A stretch of DNA of 64,000 bases from NCBI RefSeq assembly GCF_009914755.1, contig NC_060925.1; one strand, given 5' to 3'. This stretch comes from the human T2T-CHM13v2.0 reference genome, Homo sapiens. Both the position numbers and the translations under genes were made by a program. Below are positions 1 through 11,489 of this stretch, piece after piece. Under the pieces are notes generated by a model. That model was not told the DNA's origin. It made no database searches and saw only the letters and a program-made list of their open reading frames with translations. Numbering within the stretch: the first letter of the stretch is position 1; each line of letters starts with the position of its first letter.

Positions 1-24
1 GGAGGAAGAGGAAGACAGTAGCTA

Positions 25-215
25 GCATTTACTGAGTACTAACAATGTGTCAGGCATTGCCTTATGTAGTCTTCATGACAACCCTCTAAGAGATGAATAA
101 TATGGTTTTCTTTTTTTTAGATGAAGAATCTGAGGTTTAACGGGTTAAATAATTGCTCAGGTTCACCCAGCTAGTAGTGGACAGAGGTGGGATTTGAACC
201 CAAGTCATTGCCTCC
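25..215 (-). mobile_element. MIR SINE fragment
   Basis: AGATGAAGAATCTGAGG...CACCCAGCTAGTAGTGG...GGATTTGAACCCAAGTC antisense MIR core. Confidence 0.75.
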
Positions 216-679
216 TGAGCTTATATTATCCAGTACCGAATTTCCCACCTTGCCAGGTCATTCCAGGAGCTTCTAGCCCTCCGTGTCCATCTCTATGTCT
301 TCCTGCTCCTCTAGCTCATATTTTCTTGATCCAAATTTAAAGGATCTGGATAAGAATAGATCCATATCTGGGATATAATAATACTGATAACAACAGCAAC
401 AACACTTTGCGTTTGTAAACCACTTTCTTCTCTTCATTATTTCCCTGGGGAAAAATAAACAATAAGATATTTCTGTTTCTCCAAATTTTGTTCTGATTTT
501 TATCAGTGTTCCTGAAGCTATTTCAATATAGTCATGATCAATTTCTAAGAATATTTTTAGGTTCTGCTTTTTTATGTAACAGTGTGTTATATACACATTC
601 ACATATTTAAACACAGCAATTATTATGGCTTTACAGTAACCCATGATATTAATATTCCACAGATATTACATTACTGAGG

Positions 680-1490
680 CACACTAGGCTAAGGCTGACA
701 ACACCAAATGCTGGCAGGAATGTGGAGCAACAGGAACAGGAATTCGTGGCTGATGGGAATGCAAAATGGTACAGCTACTTTGGAAGAAAGTGTGGCAGTT
801 TCCTAAAAAACTAAACATACTCTTACCATACGATCCAGGAATCATGCTCCTTGGTATCTACCCAAAGGAGATGAAAACTTACGTCCACATGAAAATCTGC
901 CGATGGATGTTTATAGCAGCTGTATTCATCATGGCCAAATCTTGAAAGCAACCGAGATGTCCTTCAGTAGGTAAATAGATAAATAAACCATGGCCATCCT
1001 GAAATGGAATATTATTCAGTGCCAAAAAGAAATGAACTACAAAGCCATGAAAAGACATGGAGGAACCTTAAATTTACATTACTAAGTGAAAGAAGCCAAT
1101 TTGAAATGGCTACATATTGTACAATTCCAACGACATGACATTCTGGAAAAGGAAAATTATGGAAACAGGAAAAAGAGCAGTTGTTGCCAGGGGTTAGGGA
1201 AGGGGGATTGACTAGGCAGAGCATAGAGGACTTTTACAGCAATGAGACTATAATGGTGGATACACATCATTATATATTTGTCCAAACCCACAGAGTGTAC
1301 AACACCAAAAGTGAACCCTAATGTCAGCTATGGACTTTGGGCGATTATGATGTCAATGTAGCTTCATCACTTGTAACAAATGTGCCATTCTGGTGGATGT
1401 GTGGGGACAGGGGGCATACGGAAAATCTCTATAACTTTCCTCTCAGTTTTGCTCTGAATCTAAAACTACCCTTTAAGAAGTCTTCTTTTA
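680..1490 (+). mobile_element. Old L1 (L1M, L1MC-like) 3' fragment
   Basis: GGAATGCAAAATGGTACAGCTACTTTGGAA and TTTGTCCAAACCCACAGAGTGTACAACACC, typical L1M 3' segments. Confidence 0.85.
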
Positions 1491-1519
1491 AAACAATTTA
1501 CAAAGCATGAGGTGATACA

Positions 1520-1700
1520 GATGTGGGAGTTTGGCTCCTGTCTCTGCCCAACTCTGTGACATTCGATAAATTACTTAACATGTCTCTGTTTCAGTTTCCT
1601 CATCTATAACTGGGAAAAATAACACCTGTCTTATAGAGTTGCCATGGGGATGACATGAGGCATGTGTCTCGTTCATATCCCATGCTCAGTGAATTAGTAG
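1520..1700 (+). mobile_element. MIR fragment
   Basis: TTACTTAAC...TCAGTTTCCTCATCTATAA core. Confidence 0.7.
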
Positions 1701-2629
1701 CAGCAGCCACTGTGTGTTTGTGTGTCTTTATCCCTCCTGGGTTAATGAGCTCCTTGTGGGCAGGGACTCACCCATTCTGTAACCACCCCATCTAACACAC
1801 TGCCTGGCACTTGGGCTCCGCAGAAGTTTGCCGAGTGAATACTTAGTAAGCCCTAACCTAGGCTTTTCTCTCTGGTGGACATTTGGGTTGTTTCTAGGGT
1901 TTTTGCTATGAATAAAACACATTTCAAAGCCCTTTGTGGTTTTTTTGGTTTTTGTTTGTTTGTTTTTTCTTCGTTTGATCTGCTGACTCTGTGAAGCAGG
2001 CAGAAAGGGGATATTTGCTCTTGTCCACACCCTGGTACAGATGGAATAACTGTGGCTCAGGGAAGTGAAGTGACTCCTATGGGACACAGTGCAAATCAGT
2101 GGCAATAATTAGAACCCCTGACCCTGCCTCCCTTCCTTTAGTAGATCTATTTTCCTTCTAGCTACCGCCTTCTGGATCCATGGCCTCTCCAAAACTAGAC
2201 CATGATGGTCAGCCTGACCTGAGAGCAGCACCTGCACGCAGAGACCCATGTTGAAGGTGGTGAGCTGCCAGCTACCAGATGGCCCTCTGAAACCCCAGGG
2301 AACCTAGCACCTTATTCTCAAATACATGAGGGCTTGTATTTTCCCCCAGGAAGGAGCTTCTTAGGAAAGAGCCAGCGTGCCAGCTTTGTTTTTCTTTCTT
2401 CTTCTTTTTTTTTTTTTCCTATGAGGGGGTGAGGAGCCAAGCTCTGAGTTGTCCAGGAGGAGGGACTTTGGCTAAAAATAGCTATGGCGTGTGGTTTGGA
2501 TCAACCCCTAGTGGTACCCAGGACTGGGGAGGGGAGGGGGATGCTCTGGAGCTGTCGCCAGACTGGTTGCCGTGGAAACAAGAGAGGAGCAGGGGAGCCT
2601 GGGAAGTAGGGATGACACAGATAGCAAGT

Positions 2630-2776
2630 CCTAGTCAGAGCTGCCGCTACATTTAGGAGAAACAGCGGTGTCTGCGGCTCCCACCCTTCGGGGGGCCCGT
2701 GGGGGGGGCGGTGTCAGGGGCATGGACGCCACCCCCCAGGGGTCTCTGCTGCCGGCTACTCTCCTCTCCACGTGCT
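2630..2776 (+). other. KCNJ9: KCNJ9 non-coding first exon (5' end approximate)
   Basis: GC/CpG-rich patch ending in donor GCT|GTGAGT at 2777. Matching acceptors at 4994-4995 or 5003-5004. Confidence 0.7.
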
Positions 2777-3575
2777 GTGAGTTGAGTTGCGGGGGACTTG
2801 GGGTTTGGGCCCCTATTTCCAAGGCAAGTGGGGGTTTGGGAGGAGCTGGTTCTTGGGGGAGTTTTCACCAGGTCTCTCCTTCCAAAAAATGAGCCCCCTT
2901 ACTCCCCAGCTCTCTAGAGGGAGGAAGAGGGGCCCAGGAAAAGTGGTATTGCAATCTTCTGCAAAGGGGTCATAGCATGCACAAGAAATGAGGAGTAGGT
3001 TGGAGGAACTGAAATTCTTGGAGGGAAGATGGAGAAATCAAGTCCTTGATCTTGAGATAGAGGTAACAATTTCACACTTTTCCTTCCCCTGAGAAAAGTG
3101 CAGTCCCCCACTCAGGAAGACAGGATGTGGGACACATTCAAAATAAGGTTTACCTAGATCCCTGGGGCAATGGAGAGTGAGAGAGTTCTGGGGGTGATCC
3201 GACATCGGGGTTCCTTCCCCATCCCTGGGCAGAGAGATCTGTCTAGGCAAGCCGACTGGGGGTCAGATTACCTAAGACCCTGAGAGAACATCTGGAAGCC
3301 CACCTGGGACTAAAGCTAGGATAATGGGAGCAGGGTCGTTTTCTGCATGACCTGGGGTCTCTGAGCCAGTCAATGCTTACTCTTCCTGAGGACATCTGAG
3401 CTTCAGGGAAGGAAAAGGAAGCCCATTGTTGGGGGCAGGGGAAACCCTAATCTTCCATTGCCATGGGGCTCTTGGACCCTGTGTCCCCTGACTCCATGGA
3501 CAATAAATGCAGGGGGTGCCCCTAAGCTCAAAGCCATTTCATTTTGATTTCTCTTCCTACCTTCTCTACCCCAAG

Positions 3576-3599
3576 ACACACAAACACACACACACACAC
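3576..3599. repeat. (CA)n microsatellite
   Basis: Direct reading. Confidence 0.85.
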
Positions 3600-5004
3600 C
3601 CTCTCCAGAGTGCTGACTGCAGAGGACCTCACCCCAGAACATAAGATGCTGGAGTGCTAGGTTTAGAGTCACATACCCAGGCAGTTTCTCCCCAGGACCT
3701 GGTCAACCATCCAGGCCATCTGTGGTTCCTATGGCACACTCCTCCATCCCCCACCCACTAGCCAGCCCACGTTTCCGTGGAGTGGGAGGAGAGGATCATT
3801 CCCAGGAAAGAGAAGGGAAGGTGGAAGAGTCCCAAATCCTATTCTAAACCTTTCCCTGTATGGTCCATATCTCCTAGAGGACCCTGGGTGCTTTGGGGAA
3901 GGGCTCTGGACCTCTCTCAGAGCAGATTGCAGCTCAGAGAGCTCCTCAGAGGCAAGCATGTGAAGAAAAATCAGGTGGGCTTCGCTTGGAATGTGGGCTT
4001 TGGGGCATATGGCAGGTGGGGGCGGGGCTGGTGTTAGGATAGTCCATGGGAAGTAAGAGGCTGGGGGAAAATATAACTAGAGGGAGTGGGGAAATAAATG
4101 TGGGTGCTTAGTGCTTCACCTGATCTGATTCCATGTCTCTCATGAAGAATAGGATCCCAGAGGGATACGAGCCTAACTCTTTATAACTCTGGGCTTCCTT
4201 TCCCAGGCTTCTGTGTTGGGATCTTCCAGTTCCCCTCCCCATTTGCAGGCTGTCTCCACTAGGAGAAAAAACCCAAGGGAAATGAGGCTGGCCCAAGAGC
4301 AGCAGTGATCGTGGGTAGGTCTCAGGGAGGATTTCTAGTGGGAATTTCCTAATGTTCCACCCTTGTGCACTGGAGGGTTTCCACTGACTTTCCACAGCTT
4401 TCATTTCTTTCTCGTTTGTAAGCATGTTGAGGGGAGGGAATGGAGCGGAGTGAGTGAGGTCCAAGGAGGGAAGAATGAGAAAGACTGTGTATCAGTCTTG
4501 GGGTGAACTTCAAAACAGCCTGCGAGGAGAGCCATTGGTGGCTGCACTGGCTACAGCTGGGGAAGGGATGGTGGAAGTCCTTAGGGCAGGGAGGGCTCCA
4601 TTACCCGCCTGCCCCCCTCCCCAAAAAGCCCCCAGTCTATTGATTTCAGGAAATCACTAGGGGGATCTGGGCCTGGGTCTTTGGCCCCGGGGCTGCCCCT
4701 GAGGTGCTGCACACCCCAGCTGGAGGTGATGGCACCAAAATATCTGGTACCTCCTTCCCCTGAAAATCATCGTGGAACTTGCACAGTTCTATCCAGTTCA
4801 GGTACATCATTCCATTTGACCCTCACAACTTTCTGAGCCTGGGGGGCAGTTAGGGCTGAATGTGTTATTCCCAGAAATAGAGGCCAGGCAACACGAAGGG
4901 ACTCGCCCAGGGCCCCCCAGGGCTCGGTGCTGGCCCTGATGCCCCGTGCCTCCCCATCTCCCGAGGGGCCACTCATTCGGCAAACCTTTATTAAGCCCCT
5001 CCAG

Positions 5005-5965
5005 GACCCCCGACGCCGCCTAGGCGCCCAGCGACGCGCGGCAGGTGGCAGCAGCTCGGGCCCCCGCCGCACTCCAGGCGCCCGCAGCGCTCGCCCTGAC
5101 GCGGCCGCCATGGCGCAGGAGAACGCGGCCTTCTCGCCCGGGCAGGAGGAGCCGCCGCGGCGCCGCGGCCGCCAGCGCTACGTGGAGAAGGATGGCCGGT
5201 GCAACGTGCAGCAGGGCAACGTGCGCGAGACATACCGCTACCTGACGGACCTGTTCACCACGCTGGTGGACCTGCAGTGGCGCCTCAGCCTGTTGTTCTT
5301 CGTCCTGGCCTACGCGCTCACCTGGCTCTTCTTCGGCGCCATCTGGTGGCTGATCGCCTACGGCCGCGGCGACCTGGAGCACCTGGAGGACACCGCGTGG
5401 ACGCCGTGCGTCAACAACCTCAACGGCTTCGTGGCCGCCTTCCTCTTCTCCATCGAGACCGAGACCACCATCGGCTACGGGCACCGCGTCATCACCGACC
5501 AGTGCCCCGAGGGCATCGTGCTGCTGCTGCTGCAGGCCATCCTGGGCTCCATGGTGAACGCCTTCATGGTGGGCTGCATGTTCGTCAAGATCTCGCAGCC
5601 CAACAAGCGCGCAGCCACGCTCGTCTTCTCCTCGCACGCCGTGGTGTCGCTGCGCGACGGGCGCCTCTGCCTCATGTTCCGCGTGGGCGACTTGCGCTCC
5701 TCACACATAGTGGAGGCCTCCATCCGCGCCAAGCTCATCCGCTCGCGCCAGACGCTGGAGGGCGAGTTCATCCCGCTGCACCAGACCGACCTCAGCGTGG
5801 GCTTCGACACGGGAGACGACCGCCTCTTCCTCGTCTCGCCGCTGGTTATCAGCCACGAGATCGACGCCGCCAGCCCCTTCTGGGAGGCGTCGCGCCGTGC
5901 CCTCGAGAGGGACGACTTCGAGATCGTCGTTATCCTCGAGGGCATGGTGGAAGCCACGGGTGCGA
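5005..5965. promoter_or_regulatory. Intragenic CpG island over KCNJ9 exon 2
   Basis: Very high GC and CpG density relative to flanks. Confidence 0.85.
5110..5959 (+). CDS. KCNJ9: KCNJ9 coding exon (exon 2): N-terminus, M1, pore, M2, most of cytoplasmic domain
   Basis: In frame with ORF 4927..6090. Donor ACGG|GTGCGA at 5960, phase 1. Confidence 0.97.
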
Positions 5966-8894
5966 GCAGGCCTGGGGAGGGGAGCGGGGTTGGCAGAGGG
6001 TGGGCGGGACCGAGGAAGGCAGGGGCGAGACTAGGGGCCAGGGGAGCTGGGGAGGATGGATGGAGGGGCTGGTGGAGGATGAGACAGTGAGGTGAGACAG
6101 GGGTCGGAGGCGGGAGTGGAACCGAGCAACGCCGCAGAAGGCCAAGAGAAAGCTTGGAGGAATTCTCCGAAATGGCACTGGCTTGGGGCCCTGGGCCCAG
6201 AGGAATGTGTCACTTGGAATAGGGACAGTAATAATAGCTAGTGCTCGCCCAGTATTCACCCTGTGTCATGCGCAGTTCCAAAGCACTTTCTACCTCTGAG
6301 TCGATTTAATCCTAACAAGAACCCTCTGAAGGTAACTTCTTGTTATTGTGCTCACTTTTTAGAGATGAGATTGCTCCAATGAGAAATTAAGGATGTTGTC
6401 CACTTTCCTAAGCCAATAAGTGGCCATGCCTGGATTGGACACAGGCAATGTGGCTTCAATGTTTAGTGGTCCCGAGTTGGAAGGAGGGGTTAGGTTCAGG
6501 GGTTTTCTCACTGCAGTCAGGTTCAGGCCCCTGGAATTTGACGGTGAAGGTTTTCCATTGCCTGAGTTATTTCTAGGCCGGATCTTGAGGGGAGTTTAAT
6601 ACCTAGTCTCACTTGTACCTCGGTTTCCCAATTCATCCATTTCCACTGACAAGGGATATAGATGATGTTACCTTTTCTAGCTCTTTTCCAAAAGGAACTG
6701 GCAACTCATCTGTGATGTCAATAAGTCCAACCCAGACCTACACAGTGAAGGCTTTGGGAGCAGGTGAAAAAAGACCAGTGTTACAGGAGTCGCAAAGGAG
6801 GTCACTTAGGACTTGAGATCTAGAGGATAGATGAGGATGAGGAAACTGCGGGTGGAGGACCAAAGGCCCACTAGGGGGCGCCGCAGTCCCTCCTCTGACG
6901 CCAGAGCTGCTGATGCTCCCTGCCGGCTTCGCTGACAAGCTGGTGCCTTCAGATCCTTTCCCTGGCCCCTTTAGGCTGAGACTCCGCTTCACACCCCAAC
7001 CCCAGCTCCGCATCACTGTTCCCATTCCTGCTTCACCCCGACTCTTTCCTCTTCCCCCACTCACCCCGTTCCCTTTCCTCTCTCTCCAGCTGTCACTCCT
7101 TTTCTGCCAGTATCTCAGGCAGGCCCCTCACCCTCCAGGGAAGTTGCTGCCCGGCCCTCTTTTCTCTTTGTACCCCCAGCCCTGCCCTCTCCTCCTCGAA
7201 GCCCTTCTCTCCCCAGTGTCTCTTATGCCTCTTTCTCTTCTCTCCCACTGGATACTTTCTATTCCAACTTCACCGAGGAATACCAATGTCTCAGCGCCAG
7301 GCTTTCCGAGTTGACAGCCACTCTCCGGTTAGCTAATGTTCACTCTTCTGTTTCCCCTTGTTCCGAGATGGATATGGGTTGGGGGCAAGACCCTGTGGCA
7401 GAAAGGAGAATGACCTGCCCTGAGGGGTGCACCAGCCCAACAGGAAGATAGGACACAAGCCCCGGGCAGGGAGGACCAGGACAGAGGAGATGAGGATAGG
7501 AATCTGTCTGTTTTTCTAGAGAGATAAAGCTGGAAAGGATGGTAATATTTTGGGTGAGACAGTCAGGATTCAAAACGCTTTTGAAAAGCAAGAATAATGA
7601 GCCAAAACCCAGCAAGATGACATTTAAAATGAATAAATATAAAATTCTACATTTAGGCTTTAAAAAAATCACTTATGTAAGCACAGCATGGAAGAGCACT
7701 GGTGAAAAAAGAACTGGGAGTTTTAGTTGGCTACAGTCTTGATGTCGTAGCAATGTGATGCAGCCTCCAAAATGATTATGTAATGTTATCCTGGGCCCTA
7801 TTAGTGAAAGCATCATGGCCAGAAGAGAGATGGTGCGCGCTCTCTTATGCACGGAGCAGGCCACAGTTGGAAAATTTACTATACTCAAAATGCTTAAAGG
7901 GCCCTCCTTGGCCATTCTGGCTTGTAATCAAAAAAGTAGAGTTCTGGAAAACCAGGTCAAATGAGGAATCGTGGAGGAAGCCAGGGATGTTAAGTCAAGA
8001 GAGAAAACATGAGGGAATCTGAGACTCCTGTTTTCAGATACTCAGAGGACTGTGAAGTGGGAGGGGAATGAAGCCAAGAGTTGGAAATCCCAGGGTACAG
8101 GTTTTAGCTCTGTATAAAGAACAACCCAACTATTAGAGCTATCATACAAAGGAGTGGGCCCTTTATGAAGTGGTGAGCTATCAATCCTGGGAGGTAATCA
8201 AGTATAAGCTAGATGCCCATTGTTAGAAATGCTCCTTTGGGGAGCCCTGTATGGAGTGAGAAGTTGGACTAGAGGATCCCTAAGGTTAGTTTCAAGGTTA
8301 AGCTTTTTTTGGTTGGCATCACCAAATGACAGGAGGGGAAAAAAGAGCTGGACATTAAGAGGAGTTGGGGCAAATGGAGAAGACACGAGGGAGCTGGGTA
8401 AGAACAGGAGCTAGGGAGGGGGGGAAATGGACTGGACCAAAGGGAGGTGGGAGCCCTTAGGAAGGAATAGAAGGGAGGGTGCTGGGAGTAGGGTTGTGGA
8501 ATGAGAAGAGGAGAGGGAAGCCTGGAGCTGAGATTCCCCCTGACCGGTGCCCCTCCTCCCAGGAATGACATGCCAAGCTCGGAGCTCCTACCTGGTAGAC
8601 GAGGTGCTGTGGGGCCACCGCTTCACGTCAGTGCTGACTCTGGAGGACGGCTTCTACGAAGTGGACTATGCCAGCTTTCACGAGACTTTTGAGGTGCCCA
8701 CACCTTCGTGCAGTGCTCGAGAGCTGGCAGAGGCTGCCGCCCGCCTTGATGCCCATCTCTACTGGTCCATCCCCAGCCGGCTGGATGAGAAGGTGGAGGA
8801 GGAGGGGGTGGGGGAGGGGGCGGGTGGGGAAGCTGGGGCTGACAAGGAGCAGAATGGCTGCCTGCCACCCCCAGAGAGTGAGTCCAAGGTGTGA
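5110..8894 (+). CDS. KCNJ9: G protein-activated inward rectifier K+ channel 3 (Kir3.3/GIRK3), join(5110..5959,8563..8894), 393 aa
   Basis: GCCGCCATGG Kozak at 5110. MAQENAAF start, [16 protein letters not shown] selectivity filter, YWSI motif and ESKV C-terminus. 850+332=1182 nt. Confidence 0.98.
6225..6460 (-). mobile_element. MIR fragment
   Basis: TTTAATCCTAACAAGAACCCT...TTTTAGAGATGAG antisense MIR pattern. Confidence 0.6.
6868..6881 (+). promoter_or_regulatory. CTCF motif in KCNJ9 intron 2
   Basis: CCACTAGGGGGCGC, near-consensus, in a small CpG-retaining patch. Confidence 0.65.
7500..8290 (+). mobile_element. Ancient CR1/L3 LINE ORF2 3' remnant
   Basis: Translates [18 protein letters not shown], like the CR1 ORF2 MKFN..KCKV.HLG motif. 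Also AGCAATGTGATGCAGC and AGGCCACAGTTGGAA segments. Confidence 0.65.
8563..8894 (+). CDS. KCNJ9: KCNJ9 last coding exon ([10 protein letters not shown]...ESESKV*)
   Basis: Acceptor CCTCCCAG|GA. TGA at 8892-8894. Confidence 0.97.
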
Positions 8895-10044
8895 CCAGCT
8901 TCCTCCAGACCCCTGTGGCAGACCGGGGGCCAGACACAGATACATGGGGAACTGCATATCGGAGGTGGTGGAGGAGGAGGAGGAGGAGGAAGGCAAAGCC
9001 CCTGGAAATGTGCTAAAGTTGGAAAGTCCCCGTCCCCCAGAACCTCAAGTCTAGAAACCAGTATGGAAGGGAGGGGTCCTGATTTCAGGGAAATGGAGGG
9101 TGGGGCCGGGTGAAAATGCCAGTCTGTGTTTGACCTTCACATTTGTTCATGAGTGGATGGATGGACAGAATGATGGACTTTTGGGGGTTGGATGGGAAGA
9201 TGGTAGCAGATAAAGACAGCTGACAGATACATAGATGGACCAGTAGACAATTGGTCCACTCAGGGCTGCCACTAACCTGTAGAACACCCCTGTGCAAATT
9301 TTAAAAAGGAACCCTTTTCCTCCAGACAGATACAGCCCCAAACCAGGGTGCATGGCTTGGGGAGCAGAGTATAGGATGGATTGCAGTCCCCAGTCACCTC
9401 TTCTGCCAGCCTCCCCACATATGGCACAACTGTCTAATGACACGGTAGGCCAAGCTGAAGTGAAGGAGAAAGGAGCCGGACCAAGATGGGCACATGAGGA
9501 GGGTGCCCTCCTAGCTCCACCCTCACCAGGATGAAGGCATGCAAGGGGCTCAGCAAGGTGTGAATGACCTTAGTCCGCAAGTTCAGGGAAGCAGGCAGAG
9601 CGGGGAGGTGCCTGAGCTGGGGCCTGGAGAGGGGCCTGGGAAAGGAAAACCAGGGATAGCTATTTTCTTACAGTGGAGTGAGATCTTACAGGTATCAGGC
9701 ACAGGCAGGAAGAGAGAGAGAGAGGTTCTGGGGAGGAAGGGCCAGGAGAGAGATCTAGAAAGTGGGTTCACTAGAGCTGGGAAACAGGGAGCCCCTAGGA
9801 AAGCAGTGTGTCCTTGGGGCACAGTCATTCACATCACTGATTGGGTGCCATGTGGAGTGGACATTCAAAAACCTGGTTCCTGTCCTCAAAATAAGGGGTA
9901 CCTGGGAAAACAGAGGAATCTACCTGTGGTGACTGAACGAGGGATAATTCAAACTGACAACCTGTGCAGTCCCGTGGAGGGTAGGGGAGTGTGGGTGATC
10001 AGAAGGCTGGGGCCAGTGTAAGGCATAGGGAATATGTAAGTCAG

Positions 10045-10228
10045 GAGTTAGAAATCTCCAGTGTGCGTTGGAATCACCTGGAGGGCTTGGTAAAACACAG
10101 ATTTTTGGGCTCCACTCCAAGGGTTTCTGACCCAAGAGGTGGGGACCAAAACCATGCATTCCTAAGAAGTCCCCAGGTCATGCTGCTGTTGCTGGACTGA
10201 GGACCACACTTTGAGAACCTGTGCTCTA
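10045..10228. mobile_element. MER5A-like hAT-Charlie DNA transposon in KCNJ9 3' UTR
   Basis: GAATCACCTGGAGGGCTTG...GGACCACACTTTGAGAAC. Confidence 0.75.
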
Positions 10229-11489
10229 AGTGAATACTTGGAAGTCGTTTCAGGACATGGGGCATAGAAACTGAGGAGTAGCTGAGAGGAAGATGAAGAG
10301 AAGCTGAGAAGAAGCTGAGGATCCTCACAGGAGCAGACAGAGAAATGTGAAGGGTGGGGTTTTATGTGTGGGAAAGGGACCCGAAGCCCAGGCTGAAGAG
10401 TTTAACTTTGGGCCCAGAAACTCAACCATCAATGGAAACAGGGCAGTGACAAGTGGAGGGGGTGTCTGGAAGCTGAGCAGGCCCGACAGAGAGATGAAGC
10501 CATCAGAAGGACTTGAGGGGGCTCCTGGGGAGGTCGGGGGGAGGTGGAGCAGGAAGAGTTTTAGGGGCAAAGGACAGAACCCCTTGTAGGACTGGAGGCA
10601 AGATTGAATGTGGGAGAAAATCGGAGAGAAGCGATAGGAGTTAGAACATCTGGATGTGTCTGCAGCCTGCTGTCAGCCCAATTGGGCCAGGGGGTCCCAA
10701 AGACGCATATTCTCACCCCACCTCCACCTGCTTCCTGATCACATCCCAGTCACCAGCGGCAGCTTCCTGGATAGTGAGGGAGAACAACTGCAAGTTGAGA
10801 GAGGCAGAGGGGTGGAAGGGACCTGAAGCTGGCCTGGAGAAAAGCATAGGCCCAGGAGAGCCTGCCCTGGGACAGCGCCTGTCTCCCACACAGCAGCACT
10901 GGCCCAGCAAGGACCTCCTCCCTTGGCCCTGGCCACATCCCACTCCTGCCCTTTCATAAGCCCCCTGGGGAAAGCACTCCAGTCTTCTCTGTTCCAGGCT
11001 GGGCAGATAGGGTCCTATGGGGCACAGCCAGGGTCCTATGGGCATAGCCAGGGCCCTATGGGTCCTCTGGAAGCAAGAAAGGGGGCCATGGAAGCAGCCC
11101 AGACAGCTGGGGTTCACTCAGAGAGGACCCAAGTCCCAGTCCCTTCCTTTCAGTCAAAACACGGATATCTTTGCCTCAGGTCACAGGGCCACTGGGGCCC
11201 TGTCATCAAAGATGAGATTCCTGAAGCCTGGCATTGACTGGTCCCCTAAGAACAGATGTTGGGATGGAGAATGGGGATTCATTTGGGTTTCAGTAAAACA
11301 GGGGGGTCTGGACAAGAGCGGGTGGGCTACTTGGTATCCACACACACGCACTCACACAGGAGCCAACCCATTGCAGCTGAACAAGCAGAGAAACTCAGTC
11401 TGGAAAGGCCCCTCCTGCCTGCTGAAGTCACTGAGACCCTGCCACACCTCTCCTCGCCACTGTCACCACTCAGGGCACCACTGTACAGT

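Noticed and set aside
273-644. 123-aa ORF with a poly-Cys run
   Set aside because: AT-rich intergenic DNA. The Cys run comes from a short CAA/CAG repeat.
4927-6090. 387-aa single ORF as the full KCNJ9 protein
   Set aside because: It starts at an intronic GTG and reads through the donor at 5960. The true CDS starts at 5110 and is spliced.
4991-6095. Long alternate-frame and antisense ORFs over KCNJ9 exon 2 (298, 205, 160 aa)
   Set aside because: Expected shadow ORFs of GC3-rich coding DNA, with no domain features.
8892-9112. Stop-codon readthrough of KCNJ9 (frame 0 stays open about 70 codons)
   Set aside because: The context is TGA-CCAG rather than the TGA-CTAG readthrough motif, and the extension is low-complexity poly-Gly.
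10870-10879. REST/RE1 site (GGACAGCGCC)
   Set aside because: Only the right half-site is present, with no TTCAGCACC left half nearby.
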